Sequence record: LC727697.1
Direction: 5' to 3' (one strand)
DNA: 64,000 bases
The notes below the pieces were generated by a model. That model worked only from the letters and a program-made list of their open reading frames with translations, searched no databases and was not told where the DNA came from. Below are positions 1 through 9,316 of the stretch, in pieces. Both the position numbers and the translations under genes were made by a program. Numbering within the stretch: the stretch's first letter is position 1; each line of letters opens with the position of its first letter.

Positions 1-2133
1 ACCTTGTGCTGTTGTGCTTCCAACTGGCAGTCTAGCATTCGCAATAACACCAGACGTAATATTAGATGCATCATGTGTATGTGATGCAGCAGCATACCAT
101 GTATCAGTTAATGTTCTATTAACCGACAACGTAATATTACTAGATAAATTTCCTCCGCCAGATAGACCAGTTCCTGCAGATACTGTTCTACTAACAGGTA
201 CAGCATTAGTAATATTAGATACATCCAATATGCCGTTTGTCCATTTATTTGTAGACGCATTCCATATTAAAGTATTCCCAGCAGCAGGCGTTGTAACAGC
301 AGCATCTTCTAGATTAGATAGTGTTGCTGAACCAGCAGAAGCTACAGTAGATTTACCAGATATAACTGATATATCTATCGTAGTAGCATATGTTACTTGA
401 GTTCCAGCGGCGTTCCATCTAAGATATCCTAATGGCACAGATGTGCTTGCAGTATCACTTAACCCAACTAGTTGATAATTAGCAGAAGTTGGTTGACCTG
501 TTAAATCGGAATAAGCAAGTCTAGTGTTTACCCATTTAGATGAAGTAGTATCGTATCGCAATGTATTACTAGCGCCAGGTGACGATATAGTTACATCACT
601 AAGAAAACTTAGAGCCCCTTGTCCTGCTTTAGCAACAGAAGATAACCCAGTTAACTGTGCATAATCTATAGTGGATTGATATACTATCTGTGTTCCGGTG
701 GGATTCCATCGTAAATAACCACCCGAAAGTGCAGTATCATTAGTATCATTTAACCCAATAAAACTATACGAATTGTTAGTAGGGGTATTAGAAAGATCAG
801 TATATGATAATACTTGGTTTACCCAATCAGTTCCGTTATATCTTAGTACATTACCGGAGCTAGCAGTTCCTATACTAACATCTGTTAAATAATCTAACGA
901 TCCTTGTCCTGCTTTAGCTACATCAGACAATCCAGTTAACTGTGCATAATCTATAGTGGTTTCATATACTAACTGTGTTCCTGCTGCATTCCATCTTACA
1001 TATCCGTTATTAACAACTGTATTATTTGTATCATTTAATCCAATAAAACTATACGAATTGTTAGTAGGAGTATTTTGAATGTCGGAGTAATTAATTAGTC
1101 TATTAACCCAAGAGGTTCCATTATAAAATAATGCCTGTGTATTAGATAATGATGATAACGTTACATCACTAAGAAAACTTAGAGCCCCTTGTCCTGCTTT
1201 AGCTACATCAGACAATCCAGTTAACTGTGCATAATCTATAGTGGTTTCATATACTAACTGTGTTCCTGCTGCATTCCATCTTACATATCCTCTCGGGACA
1301 GATACACCAGTTACATCCGTTAATCGTATAAACGAATATGGTAAATTTCTCCATTGCGATGTAGAAGAATCGTACTGTAGTATATTTTTATTAGCCGGAG
1401 AAGAAATTGTTACATCAGTAAGTCTATCTAAATAAATATCACCGTCGAGTGCAGCAGTTATGCTATCATTTACATATTTTTTTGTAGAAGCATCGTTGTC
1501 AGCAACTGGTTGCCCTAAGTTAATTATTCTAGGATTTTGTGGTAATTTTTCAGAAAGAATAGGGTTATAATTAAGATCCCAAGATTTTTGCACTTCATTC
1601 CAAACTAATCCAGCAGAAGGCAATTTACCTTGGCCGGGTTCACCGTGACTATTAGTTTCGCCTACGGGAATTCCACGCTGGACTTCAAAGCCAGAATATG
1701 TTGCAGTGACACCCGGACCTACGTCATCTGTATTCACAACCATGATGTTGTCGGAAATAGTTACTTGTCCAGGTGTAGTCCCTGAGCTGCTACCTACTAC
1801 AGTTAAGTTGCCATGTAATGTAACATTCCCGTGAATGAGCATTGCATCTAGAGAATCTCTGTTTACTGTAACTAAACCGTTTACTACCATGTCGTTGTTA
1901 AAGGTAGATGTTTGTCCTACTAGCAATTCATATCCAACTTCTAATGATCCATCAAATTTAGACTGATCACCTGTTACTCTAAGCCCACCTATTGTAGACC
2001 ATTCAGTTGCATACATAGGATGAGTAACAACTAATTGCTGATCATCATTTACTTGCAAATATACTATATTATTAGAAGTTTGCCCAACACTAGATAGGAT
2101 ATATTGATCCGTGAATTTAATTTTACTCGACAT
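1..2133 (-). CDS. Long tail fibre / fibre-shaft protein, C-terminus truncated by the window edge (missing from the ORF track)
   Basis: Manual translation from ATG at 2133 (MSSKIKFTDQYILSSVGQ...) stays open to base 1. It is Gly/Ser/Thr/Asn-rich, has a DNDASTKKYV shaft motif and ~95-aa repeats (GYVRWNAAGTQLVYETTIDYAQLTGLS). A late-promoter motif lies upstream. Confidence 0.85.
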   Translation of the reverse strand, partial: MSSKIKFTDQYILSSVGQTSNNIVYLQVNDDQQLVVTHPMYATEWSTIGGLRVTGDQSKFDGSLEVGYELLVGQTSTFNNDMVVNGLVTVNRDSLDAMLIHGNVTLHGNLTVVGSSSGTTPGQVTISDNIMVVNTDDVGPGVTATYSGFEVQRGIPVGETNSHGEPGQGKLPSAGLVWNEVQKSWDLNYNPILSEKLPQNPRIINLGQPVADNDASTKKYVNDSITAALDGDIYLDRLTDVTISSPANKNILQYDSSTSQWRNLPYSFIRLTDVTGVSVPRGYVRWNAAGTQLVYETTIDYAQLTGLSDVAKAGQGALSFLSDVTLSSLSNTQALFYNGTSWVNRLINYSDIQNTPTNNSYSFIGLNDTNNTVVNNGYVRWNAAGTQLVYETTIDYAQLTGLSDVAKAGQGSLDYLTDVSIGTASSGNVLRYNGTDWVNQVLSYTDLSNTPTNNSYSFIGLNDTNDTALSGGYLRWNPTGTQIVYQSTIDYAQLTGLSSVAKAGQGALSFLSDVTISSPGASNTLRYDTTSSKWVNTRLAYSDLTGQPTSANYQLVGLSDTASTSVPLGYLRWNAAGTQVTYATTIDISVISGKSTVASAGSATLSNLEDAAVTTPAAGNTLIWNASTNKWTNGILDVSNITNAVPVSRTVSAGTGLSGGGNLSSNITLSVNRTLTDTWYAAASHTHDASNITSGVIANARLPVGSTTAQG
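902..1290. repeat. Two identical 104-bp direct repeats (902-1005, 1187-1290) inside the tail fibre gene
   Basis: Direct comparison: CCTTGTCCTGCTTTAGCTACATCAG...CATCTTACATATCC occurs twice, 285 bp apart. More degenerate copies lie near 590-720 and 400-440. Confidence 0.9.
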
Positions 2134-2157
2134 ACACCTTATTCCTTAAGATGCATA

Positions 2158-2166
2158 TATTTATCA
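2158..2166 (-). promoter_or_regulatory. Late promoter motif TGATAAATA
   Basis: T4-like late -10 element directly upstream of a structural gene. The same motif recurs before most structural operons. Confidence 0.65.
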
Positions 2167-2168
2167 AT

Positions 2169-2195
2169 AAAAAAGGAGCATAATGCTCCTTTTTT
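2169..2195. terminator. Rho-independent (bidirectional-type) terminator
   Basis: AAAAAAGGAGCA-TAA-TGCTCCTTTTTT hairpin with flanking A and T tracts. Confidence 0.8.
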
Positions 2196-2499
2196 ATTTT
2201 ATATACTTACCTAAATATGAATCATAATTATATAATATAGATTCGGGACTATCGTCTATCCAAATATCTATATCTATGCCAAGATTTTCCATATACGTTC
2301 TTTTAGCATGTTGACTTGTAAAGTATACCTTATATCCTTTATCTATTAAAAATTGAAGATCTTCTGGATAGCAGGTAGGATTACGGTAAGTAACAATAAC
2401 AACCCTGTATCCAATATGCTCAAGTGCAAGTAATACAGATAACCATCCGTTATCATCTTGTGATATAGTGTCATCATAATCCACGCCTATTGTTTTCAT
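2194..2499 (-). CDS. Small cap-less HAD-superfamily phosphatase
   Basis: Motif I DYDDT, motif II VT, a Lys, and motif IV WIDDSP. Confidence 0.7.
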   Translation of the reverse strand: MKTIGVDYDDTISQDDNGWLSVLLALEHIGYRVVIVTYRNPTCYPEDLQFLIDKGYKVYFTSQHAKRTYMENLGIDIDIWIDDSPESILYNYDSYLGKYIK

Positions 2500-2509
2500 A
2501 TATACACCG

Positions 2510-3208
2510 TTAAGATAATTCTATATAATATACAAAGTTATCTTTGTTTTTATCTCTCATTGTATTCATATAAAATGAATACCTATGATTACCATCAATC
2601 AATTTATTTCCCTTTAGCACACCCATTATCATATCATCATATACATCTAAATGATAGGTATGCTGAGGTTCCATACTTTTATATGCAATAGTAGGAACTA
2701 TATCGTTTATACATACTTTTTTAATAGCCAAGTTTTTACACTCAGAAATTATAGGAGCAATATACCCGTATTCTAACATTAAAACATAATGTAGTTTTTC
2801 TATATCGGTTTTTAATGAAATCATCGTTAAAATATCATCCATTGCATTTTGTTCATTTTCATGGATTATGTCACCTATTTCATCACCGTAATAACCACGT
2901 TCGACAGTTACATAATATAGTGAACCGTCTAAAATTTTATGTTTTGTTATGATTCTTTCTACACAATATTGCTCTATTTGACTATACATATATCTAACAC
3001 ATCTAGGTGTTCCGTTTAAATCGGGTTTATTTACTAACACCTCGACCATATCATACACTTTATAGTTATTGATAGATACTACTACAGGGGATGTTATTAC
3101 AGAACATCTGCATATGCCGCTTTCTATACAATCGTTATTACAATTATGTTGCAGTTCGTAATCTAAATTTGCATAGTATCTGCCATAAAATGTAATGAAT
3201 GTATCCAT
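2510..3208 (-). CDS. Cys-rich N-terminal domain plus C-terminal ParB/Srx-like domain
   Basis: CNNDCIESGICRC and ERGYYGDE motifs, plus a C-terminal LIDGNHR motif typical of ParB N-terminal domains. Confidence 0.55.
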   Translation of the reverse strand: MDTFITFYGRYYANLDYELQHNCNNDCIESGICRCSVITSPVVVSINNYKVYDMVEVLVNKPDLNGTPRCVRYMYSQIEQYCVERIITKHKILDGSLYYVTVERGYYGDEIGDIIHENEQNAMDDILTMISLKTDIEKLHYVLMLEYGYIAPIISECKNLAIKKVCINDIVPTIAYKSMEPQHTYHLDVYDDMIMGVLKGNKLIDGNHRYSFYMNTMRDKNKDNFVYYIELS

Positions 3209-3209
3209 A

Positions 3210-3674
3210 TTATTCCCAAGTTTTAGATAATAAATACACCAATCTGTCTTCTTCGTCAGGTCTGTTTAAAATGTCAATCATGGCAGATTTTAACAAGCCC
3301 TGTTTATCGTGTACTAGATCTCCGCCTTCTTCACCATAGTACCCCGATTCGATATCAAAATAAAAAGAATCTAGTGTATAACCGATAAAATGCATTATTT
3401 TTGCAAAATATTTTCTATCAGATTCAGTGATTTCATAGTAACTATGTTTGTAATCATCATATTTTCCATTATATCCTACTCGTCTCCATACAGACATTTT
3501 AGTTGGAAAAATATATTCGGGATTATCTGGTATACCATTTAGATCTGTATCTTCAAAATGTCCACAACGACATATACCTTCGTCATAACATCCACTATTT
3601 TCGCAATTATTTATGTATTTTATGTCCGAATCGTATCCTACAAACTCAAAACGTATATCAACTATGTCTGACAC
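3210..3674 (-). CDS. Hypothetical Cys-rich protein, paralogous to the N-terminus of 2510-3208
   Basis: GTG start. CENSGCYDEGICRC and ESGYYGEE motifs are shared with the neighbour. Confidence 0.6.
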   Translation of the reverse strand: MSDIVDIRFEFVGYDSDIKYINNCENSGCYDEGICRCGHFEDTDLNGIPDNPEYIFPTKMSVWRRVGYNGKYDDYKHSYYEITESDRKYFAKIMHFIGYTLDSFYFDIESGYYGEEGGDLVHDKQGLLKSAMIDILNRPDEEDRLVYLLSKTWE

Positions 3675-3725
3675 TAAAAACCCCTTTTATTTTTAAAGTA
3701 TAACACAACTCTGTATTTTAAAAAC

Positions 3726-5303
3726 TTATATTTTGTTTTCCCACACCCATTTGGTATTACCACAATCATATAGTCGTCTAAATCCACGCTCTTCCATTAT
3801 CTGGTGTTCTGACTTATTTGAATTAAAACCATGTTCTATTAATTTCTTTTTAGTATAATTAGTCCTATGATATACTTTACAAAAATCCGGACTTACATAC
3901 CAATATCCTATGTTTATTTTAGGTTCTTGTTTGAATCCTAATATACGGTAAACATTGCCTGTATTCCATTCATTTTGTGAATATGAAACTATAGAATTAG
4001 GAATATTATTCTTTACAAAATGAGAAAACAATTTAGATGCACCGCCTAGTACTGAACAAGATGTTGCATATCTAAGCAATTCGTAGTCGTATCTGTTATT
4101 TCCCGAAATGTTTCTGTTAGATGATTTTATAAAACTCATTAATGCAACTAATACATCATTAAAATACAATCCGTATTTTATAGATGACGGAACATAACCT
4201 TGTATATGCGTTTTATTCAAAAATTCTTTTTCTTCTGCAGAAGGCACATCTTTAATAATACATTTTCTAGCATATACTGTTTCTTGTATATAGCCTAATT
4301 TATGGAGTAATCTGTTTTCTATTATAGTTTTTTTAGAGTTATACAAATGTCCATATATAGTAATTAACGATATTCCCTTTTCTTTACAACCTATATATTT
4401 GTCATAATGATACGTTTTGGTTATGTGCGGTAAACGATCGTTATCTATTACATGCCAATAAAGTCCATTATATTCTATTGCAAGATTTTTTTCAGGAAGG
4501 TATATATCTAAACTTTTTCCAGAATCTAATATTTTTCTAGATCCAGTTATTATTTCGCCAGAATAATGTTGTCTTATAAAATTAAATAATTCTTGTTCTT
4601 GTGTTGAATTGCATACTGTCAATTCTGGCATACATATTGCACACGTCGGTATACTACTATATCTAACCTTAGACATAAAAGTGTTATTACAAGTTCCACA
4701 TTTTATACAATATGTTTCTGCCATACCTTTATATTCATGTTCTTGTATAGTAAAAGATAAGTTATTTTCTTTTAGTTTTTCCGATATTTTAGAATACCAT
4801 TTATTACCATTAAAATTTTTGTTACCGTATTTTATTGACTTAGTGTGCTTTATCTTAGACGTTACTTTGTCTACATTTTGTTTATTTTCGTAAAATTTTG
4901 CATGATTTTGTAGAGCAATAGCAGATTGCCCGGTATTTGATACTCCGTATTTTTTTAGATTAGTTTTCTCACGCTTTTTCTTTGATATTTCTTTATTTTC
5001 TATCTTTTTTGATTGCACTAAGTTATTAGATACACTTTCTTTACAACACTTGCACGAGGATGCAGTACCACAAAATCTAAACCCATCGTTTATTGAATTA
5101 AATTTTTTTGTGTTTCCGTATTTGCATTCTTCTTTTTCGCCAGTTATAGCAGTATACACTTTAGCAGCATACACAGTATTAGAGGGATTAGTGCAGTGTT
5201 GTTCTACAAATTCTGCTAATTTTAAATCTTTTTTAATCAAAACACTGAAATGCTTTGGTTTACTTTTTATCAATTCTTTTATTTGTATTATTAAGTCTGA
5301 CAT
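3726..5303 (-). CDS. Hef-like homing endonuclease (Vsr/PD-(D/E)xK) with Zn motifs, fused to a C-terminal GNAT/Mom-like domain
   Basis: KTNLKKYGV motif, CxxC pairs, LDIYLPEKNLAIEYNGLYWH nuclease motif, and C-terminal ELLRYA...GGASKL...VSYS...GNVYRILGF...YDCG acetyltransferase-like motifs. Confidence 0.7.
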   Translation of the reverse strand: MSDLIIQIKELIKSKPKHFSVLIKKDLKLAEFVEQHCTNPSNTVYAAKVYTAITGEKEECKYGNTKKFNSINDGFRFCGTASSCKCCKESVSNNLVQSKKIENKEISKKKREKTNLKKYGVSNTGQSAIALQNHAKFYENKQNVDKVTSKIKHTKSIKYGNKNFNGNKWYSKISEKLKENNLSFTIQEHEYKGMAETYCIKCGTCNNTFMSKVRYSSIPTCAICMPELTVCNSTQEQELFNFIRQHYSGEIITGSRKILDSGKSLDIYLPEKNLAIEYNGLYWHVIDNDRLPHITKTYHYDKYIGCKEKGISLITIYGHLYNSKKTIIENRLLHKLGYIQETVYARKCIIKDVPSAEEKEFLNKTHIQGYVPSSIKYGLYFNDVLVALMSFIKSSNRNISGNNRYDYELLRYATSCSVLGGASKLFSHFVKNNIPNSIVSYSQNEWNTGNVYRILGFKQEPKINIGYWYVSPDFCKVYHRTNYTKKKLIEHGFNSNKSEHQIMEERGFRRLYDCGNTKWVWENKI

Positions 5304-5353
5304 ATATAAAATAGTTTTTTATAATACTAACAAATTATTTTTTTCTAGTCAAT

Positions 5354-5386
5354 AAAAAAGTGTAGTATTTCTACTACACTTTTTTT
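5354..5386 (-). terminator. Terminator after the major capsid gene
   Basis: AAAAAAGTGTAGTA-loop-TACTACACTTTTTTT hairpin. Confidence 0.8.
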
Positions 5387-5421
5387 GGTATTCTTCGAAT
5401 AACAAGTTATACTTGTTATTA

Positions 5422-6609
5422 TTAGAAGAATTTAAGAGTGGATGCATCTATAGCAATCGAACTTAGATAGTCAGCACCGTTACCCAGCGAGTTAGCAGTA
5501 TTGGTGAGTTCTAAGTAACCGTATCTGGACATAAATGATACTACAGGCTCGAAAGTAGTAGGATCAATTACCGGACCAGTGCTCATTAACGGAATATACG
5601 GGCAGAAGAATGCAGCAGCATCAGTTTCGGTCGAACCTTTATAACCGATTAAAACTTTTTCATCTTCGGCAGCATAAGTATCTACATAAATGCGCATAGT
5701 TCCGTTTAAGGTACCTGCAAATTTAACGTTAGTAGGCGCTTCAAATACACCTTCAGTAGTACGAGCAAAAGTCGAAGTAGTTGCAGACTGTAGAACAGTT
5801 AGTGCGTTAGGCGAAATAACAGCCCAGTTAGCAGCGCCGCGACGAGTACGAGCAGCAACTAAGTTAGCCTGTTGGTTGATCATTACAGCTAATGCAGCAT
5901 GTTCATCACCAACATAAGTAGCAGTACCAGATACAGCAGCTTGGTTATAAGTTACAGGAGCCGGACCAGCTAAAATACGTAGACGATTTAGCATTTCTTG
6001 GTCGATTTCGACGGTAATTTCTTGAGCTAAAGCTTGCATGATTTCAGCTTCTATATCTATACCGTGAAGAGCGTTAGCATCCTGTGCAGATTCGAAGGTC
6101 CAGCGAGCGCTTAGACGACGAGTACGTGCTTCTACGGTTTCTTTTAGAATTTGAATGTTCATGCGATTACCAGCAAAACCTTCCATACGAGAAGTGTTGG
6201 CAGCGCCTGGAACTGGGTTAGTGCTGTTGTTTAAAGCTTCGTTACCAGAATATGCTTTTGCAATATCGAACGGGCTTAGTGCTTCAGTGCCAGCTTGAAC
6301 ACCAGATGCAGTATCAGCATAACGAACACGTAGGGTATGTATCTGACCTACGGGACCAGTCATAGGCTGTACACCCATAATTTCGTTAGCAATAACGGAA
6401 GGCATAACACGACGGATTAGGGGTAGCATTACTTTGTTGATAGTAGCTATGTTACCGGCTTGAGTAGCACCGGCGGAAGCATTTTCAACTAAGAAACGCT
6501 TAGTGTTTTCCATTACTGCGTCCATGGTCGACTTACGTTGACCTTTTAGACCTTCAGTGAGGGCGCTTTTAGTAGCAGCCCAGTTGCTTTCAAATAGACG
6601 ATTAGACAT
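5422..6609 (-). CDS. gp23: Major capsid protein, T4 gp23-like (compact, 395 aa)
   Basis: LIRRVMPSVIANEIMGVQPMTGPVGQIHTLR, ARTRRLSARWTFESAQD, FFCPYIPL and FMSRYG motifs. Confidence 0.95.
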   Translation of the reverse strand: MSNRLFESNWAATKSALTEGLKGQRKSTMDAVMENTKRFLVENASAGATQAGNIATINKVMLPLIRRVMPSVIANEIMGVQPMTGPVGQIHTLRVRYADTASGVQAGTEALSPFDIAKAYSGNEALNNSTNPVPGAANTSRMEGFAGNRMNIQILKETVEARTRRLSARWTFESAQDANALHGIDIEAEIMQALAQEITVEIDQEMLNRLRILAGPAPVTYNQAAVSGTATYVGDEHAALAVMINQQANLVAARTRRGAANWAVISPNALTVLQSATTSTFARTTEGVFEAPTNVKFAGTLNGTMRIYVDTYAAEDEKVLIGYKGSTETDAAAFFCPYIPLMSTGPVIDPTTFEPVVSFMSRYGYLELTNTANSLGNGADYLSSIAIDASTLKFF

Positions 6610-6628
6610 TTTTAAGTTATTCTCCTAA

Positions 6629-7735
6629 TTACTTAATGCCTGCCAGGCGTCTTAATTCTTCAACGCCTACAGATGAGTCATCTTGCTGGGCAACGCTAGA
6701 CGCCCTGTTACCAGTTTTTACAGCTCTTGCTGACTCAGTTAGAGCTTCTTTTTTACTTGCCGGTGCTGCACTACAATCTAGCACTGCTGGCAAATATTTG
6801 TTATATGCAACTTTTAAATGTTCTGTTTTTACAGACTCTAAAAGATCTTGCATTACGCTACGCTTTTCTTTATTTAGCGGAGCTAACAATTCAGACATTA
6901 CAGAGCTACGTTTAACACGCTCTTCTAATACAGAAATGCGAGTGCGTAGATTTTCTGCAAGTGCTTCACGTTCTTCTACATGAGATAAAGCTTCATTAAG
7001 GGCTTCTTCTTTTTGTATAAGAATATTTTTGAGTTTCTTAAGTTCACTACCTTCGTTTAGATGCGAAGTCATGTACTCTGCAGCAAAAGCTTCAAATAAA
7101 CGACGTCCAAAGTCATTTCGACGAGCAGCATCAATATCTTCTTTATATTGCTTTATTTCTTCTTGCAATACGCTATTAATGTTTGTGTCTACTATTTGCG
7201 ACGCTTTCTTTATGAACTGCTTTTTAGTTTCTGCTAATTGTTTTTTTGCTTCACTTATTAATTTAACTTTCTGACGAACTAATGCTTGCTTTTCTTCCCG
7301 AAGCTCTTTAACTTCGGTTGCAAGATTAGTGAGTGCAAACTCTTCTAGTTTCTCTAGATTGCCTTTAATTGCACGGCGATCTTCACGAAGTTCTTTGACT
7401 TCTTTAGAAACTGCATCTATTAAGAACTTATCGAGCATTTCGATATGTTCTTTTACTTGCATTTTAGCTTGAACTCGTTCGGCAGCTAGTTCTCGTTTGT
7501 CTTGAGCAAATTCTTCGATTTCACTGCGGATTTTTTCTTCTAAGAATTTGTCCATTGCTTCGACAAGTTGTTCTTTGTCGTGTGCAAACTTACGAGCAAA
7601 TTCTTCACGAAGCTCAGCAGTGAGTTCTTCTTTTACTTGTCCTATACGAGCTTCCCATGCTTCTGTAATAGCAGATTTTACTTCTGCACTTAAAGAAGTT
7701 TGTTCGTTTAGGATATGTTCGAACTTCACTGTCAT
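6629..7735 (-). CDS. gp22: Prohead scaffold / core protein, gp22-like
   Basis: Coiled-coil, Glu/Lys-rich, many LxE protease sites, positioned between the protease and capsid genes. Confidence 0.8.
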   Translation of the reverse strand: MTVKFEHILNEQTSLSAEVKSAITEAWEARIGQVKEELTAELREEFARKFAHDKEQLVEAMDKFLEEKIRSEIEEFAQDKRELAAERVQAKMQVKEHIEMLDKFLIDAVSKEVKELREDRRAIKGNLEKLEEFALTNLATEVKELREEKQALVRQKVKLISEAKKQLAETKKQFIKKASQIVDTNINSVLQEEIKQYKEDIDAARRNDFGRRLFEAFAAEYMTSHLNEGSELKKLKNILIQKEEALNEALSHVEEREALAENLRTRISVLEERVKRSSVMSELLAPLNKEKRSVMQDLLESVKTEHLKVAYNKYLPAVLDCSAAPASKKEALTESARAVKTGNRASSVAQQDDSSVGVEELRRLAGIK

Positions 7736-7747
7736 TTAAATCTCCTA

Positions 7748-8380
7748 CTATTTTTTCAATTCGGATATAAGTTTTATTATTTCCCTACTGAGATATTTAT
7801 CTGCACTAGGATCCTGTGGTGTGTTACGGGCTAAATCCATAATGATTTCGCCGCCTTTCATGTTGTATAAACTTTCATATATAGGTTTAGGATATGCATT
7901 AGGCGCGCTCGGTTGTGCAACAATGTCAACTGTTACAATATCAAAGTCGCTCACTACACCGTCATAACCTACATTACCTGAGCCGCGAGAACTTACGCCC
8001 AATTTGGCTCCGGCAGTTAATAAGCTTTTAGCAATAATTCCAGTAGGAGTATCTAATAATTTTAATTTGCCGTAGCCGCAGTTGCCTTCCATCCACATTT
8101 CTGTGATTATATGAGACACTCTGTCTAAATTAATAGTTAATTCTTCTGGATGATCGAGTTCTCCTAAAACAGAAAACCCTTCCTGTATTTTTGCTTTTAC
8201 TGATTCAACTGCATGAGATATTTCATGTAGGGGATAGATGCGCTGATTATGATTTTTTACATCACCTTGAATAAATATTCCGCGCATGAATAGATCACGG
8301 GCACCGTCAGGTCCGGTGCCGTGTTCTATTATTATCGATCCCTTAGATTGGGACATATATTCGTAAAGCTGTCTAGCCAT
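7748..8380 (-). CDS. gp21: Prohead protease, gp21-like
   Basis: GIFIQGDVKNHNQRIYP, LGELDHP, LGVSSRGSG and DIVAQPSAPNAY motifs. Confidence 0.93.
   Translation of the reverse strand: MARQLYEYMSQSKGSIIIEHGTGPDGARDLFMRGIFIQGDVKNHNQRIYPLHEISHAVESVKAKIQEGFSVLGELDHPEELTINLDRVSHIITEMWMEGNCGYGKLKLLDTPTGIIAKSLLTAGAKLGVSSRGSGNVGYDGVVSDFDIVTVDIVAQPSAPNAYPKPIYESLYNMKGGEIIMDLARNTPQDPSADKYLSREIIKLISELKK
7794..7802 (-). promoter_or_regulatory. Late promoter motif AGATAAATA for the scaffold and capsid genes
   Basis: Motif lies in the 3' end of the protease gene, just upstream of gp22. Confidence 0.55.
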
Positions 8381-8398
8381 ACTTATACTTATCCTAAA

Positions 8399-9211
8399 TT
8401 ACTTCTTAGGTGCTTTAGATAGGGGTGATTCTTTATCTACAGAACCAGTTTTACTTTTATTACCTGTTCCTGCTAATTTGCCTTCTTGTTTCATTGCAGG
8501 ATCGCTAACTTTTTCAGGAGTAGCTTCTGTATTCAAATCACACGATTCGTCTGCTTTTTTTGAAGCTTCGGCGCCTTGATTAGTAGATTTAGCAAATTTA
8601 ACAGGATCTACTCCGTAATTTTTCTTTTGAGTAGGTTTGCTAAAAGGTGATTCTTTATCTACAGAACCAGTTTTACTTTTATTACCTGTTCCTGCTAATT
8701 TACCTTCTTGTTTCATATCTACGTTTACAGAATCACTAAACTTAGTTGCTTCTTCTAAACTTTCAAATTTTTCTAGGGCATCAGCGGCAGCATCATCTAA
8801 ATCTTGTTCTAAATTAGGATGATACGGTTCATCTTCTTCTTGACTTACTAGAGTTTCAAATTCTGCTTTTAATGCAGCTAACTGAGCTTCTAGATCTTCT
8901 ACTTTATCTTCTATATCTTGATCAACATCAGCTTCTTCTTCATCTTCAGAATTTAATTCGCTAGACTGATCATCAAACATTTCATCTGCATCGATTTCTT
9001 CTTCGTCAGATTTAATGTCGTCGATAAACGATTCGCGGCTGTCGCCACCTACTTCTTCATTTACAAAATCTTCTTCAAAATCTGCAGATTCTTGTTCGTA
9101 AATATCACGAGCTTTAGCTACAACAATTTGATGTAATAATGCCGAAGCTTGTTCTGCATTTTCATTTAGTAGAAGATCTAGAACTTTTTCTAGTTCCTTA
9201 CGATGAGACAT
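8399..9211 (-). CDS. Acidic prohead core / internal head protein with a duplicated C-terminal motif
   Basis: Very Asp/Glu-rich, LxE sites, in the head gene cluster. MKQEGKLAGTGNKSKTGSVDKESP occurs twice. Confidence 0.6.
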   Translation of the reverse strand: MSHRKELEKVLDLLLNENAEQASALLHQIVVAKARDIYEQESADFEEDFVNEEVGGDSRESFIDDIKSDEEEIDADEMFDDQSSELNSEDEEEADVDQDIEDKVEDLEAQLAALKAEFETLVSQEEDEPYHPNLEQDLDDAAADALEKFESLEEATKFSDSVNVDMKQEGKLAGTGNKSKTGSVDKESPFSKPTQKKNYGVDPVKFAKSTNQGAEASKKADESCDLNTEATPEKVSDPAMKQEGKLAGTGNKSKTGSVDKESPLSKAPKK

Positions 9212-9242
9212 GTTTTTACTCCTTTAGGAAAACGTTGTATAT

Positions 9243-9250
9243 TATTTATA
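9243..9250 (-). promoter_or_regulatory. Late promoter TATAAATA
   Basis: Exact T4 late consensus upstream of the head operon. Confidence 0.6.
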
Positions 9251-9271
9251 TCGGTATTTACACTTAATATT

Positions 9272-9298
9272 AAAAAAGGGGCATTTATGCCCCAAAAA
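9272..9298 (-). terminator. Terminator after the portal operon
   Basis: GGGGCA-TTTA-TGCCCC stem with flanking A tracts. Confidence 0.7.
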
Positions 9299-9316
9299 CT
9301 AACATTTTTAGAAATT

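Noticed and set aside
590-1290. Fibre repeats as a DGR template/variable pair or a CRISPR array
   Set aside because: The copies are in-frame coding modules, identical rather than adenine-mismatched. There are no unique spacers and no RT or cas genes.
14-1435. Plus-strand ORFs 14-400 and 1241-1435
   Set aside because: They are antisense shadows of the continuous minus-strand tail fibre frame.
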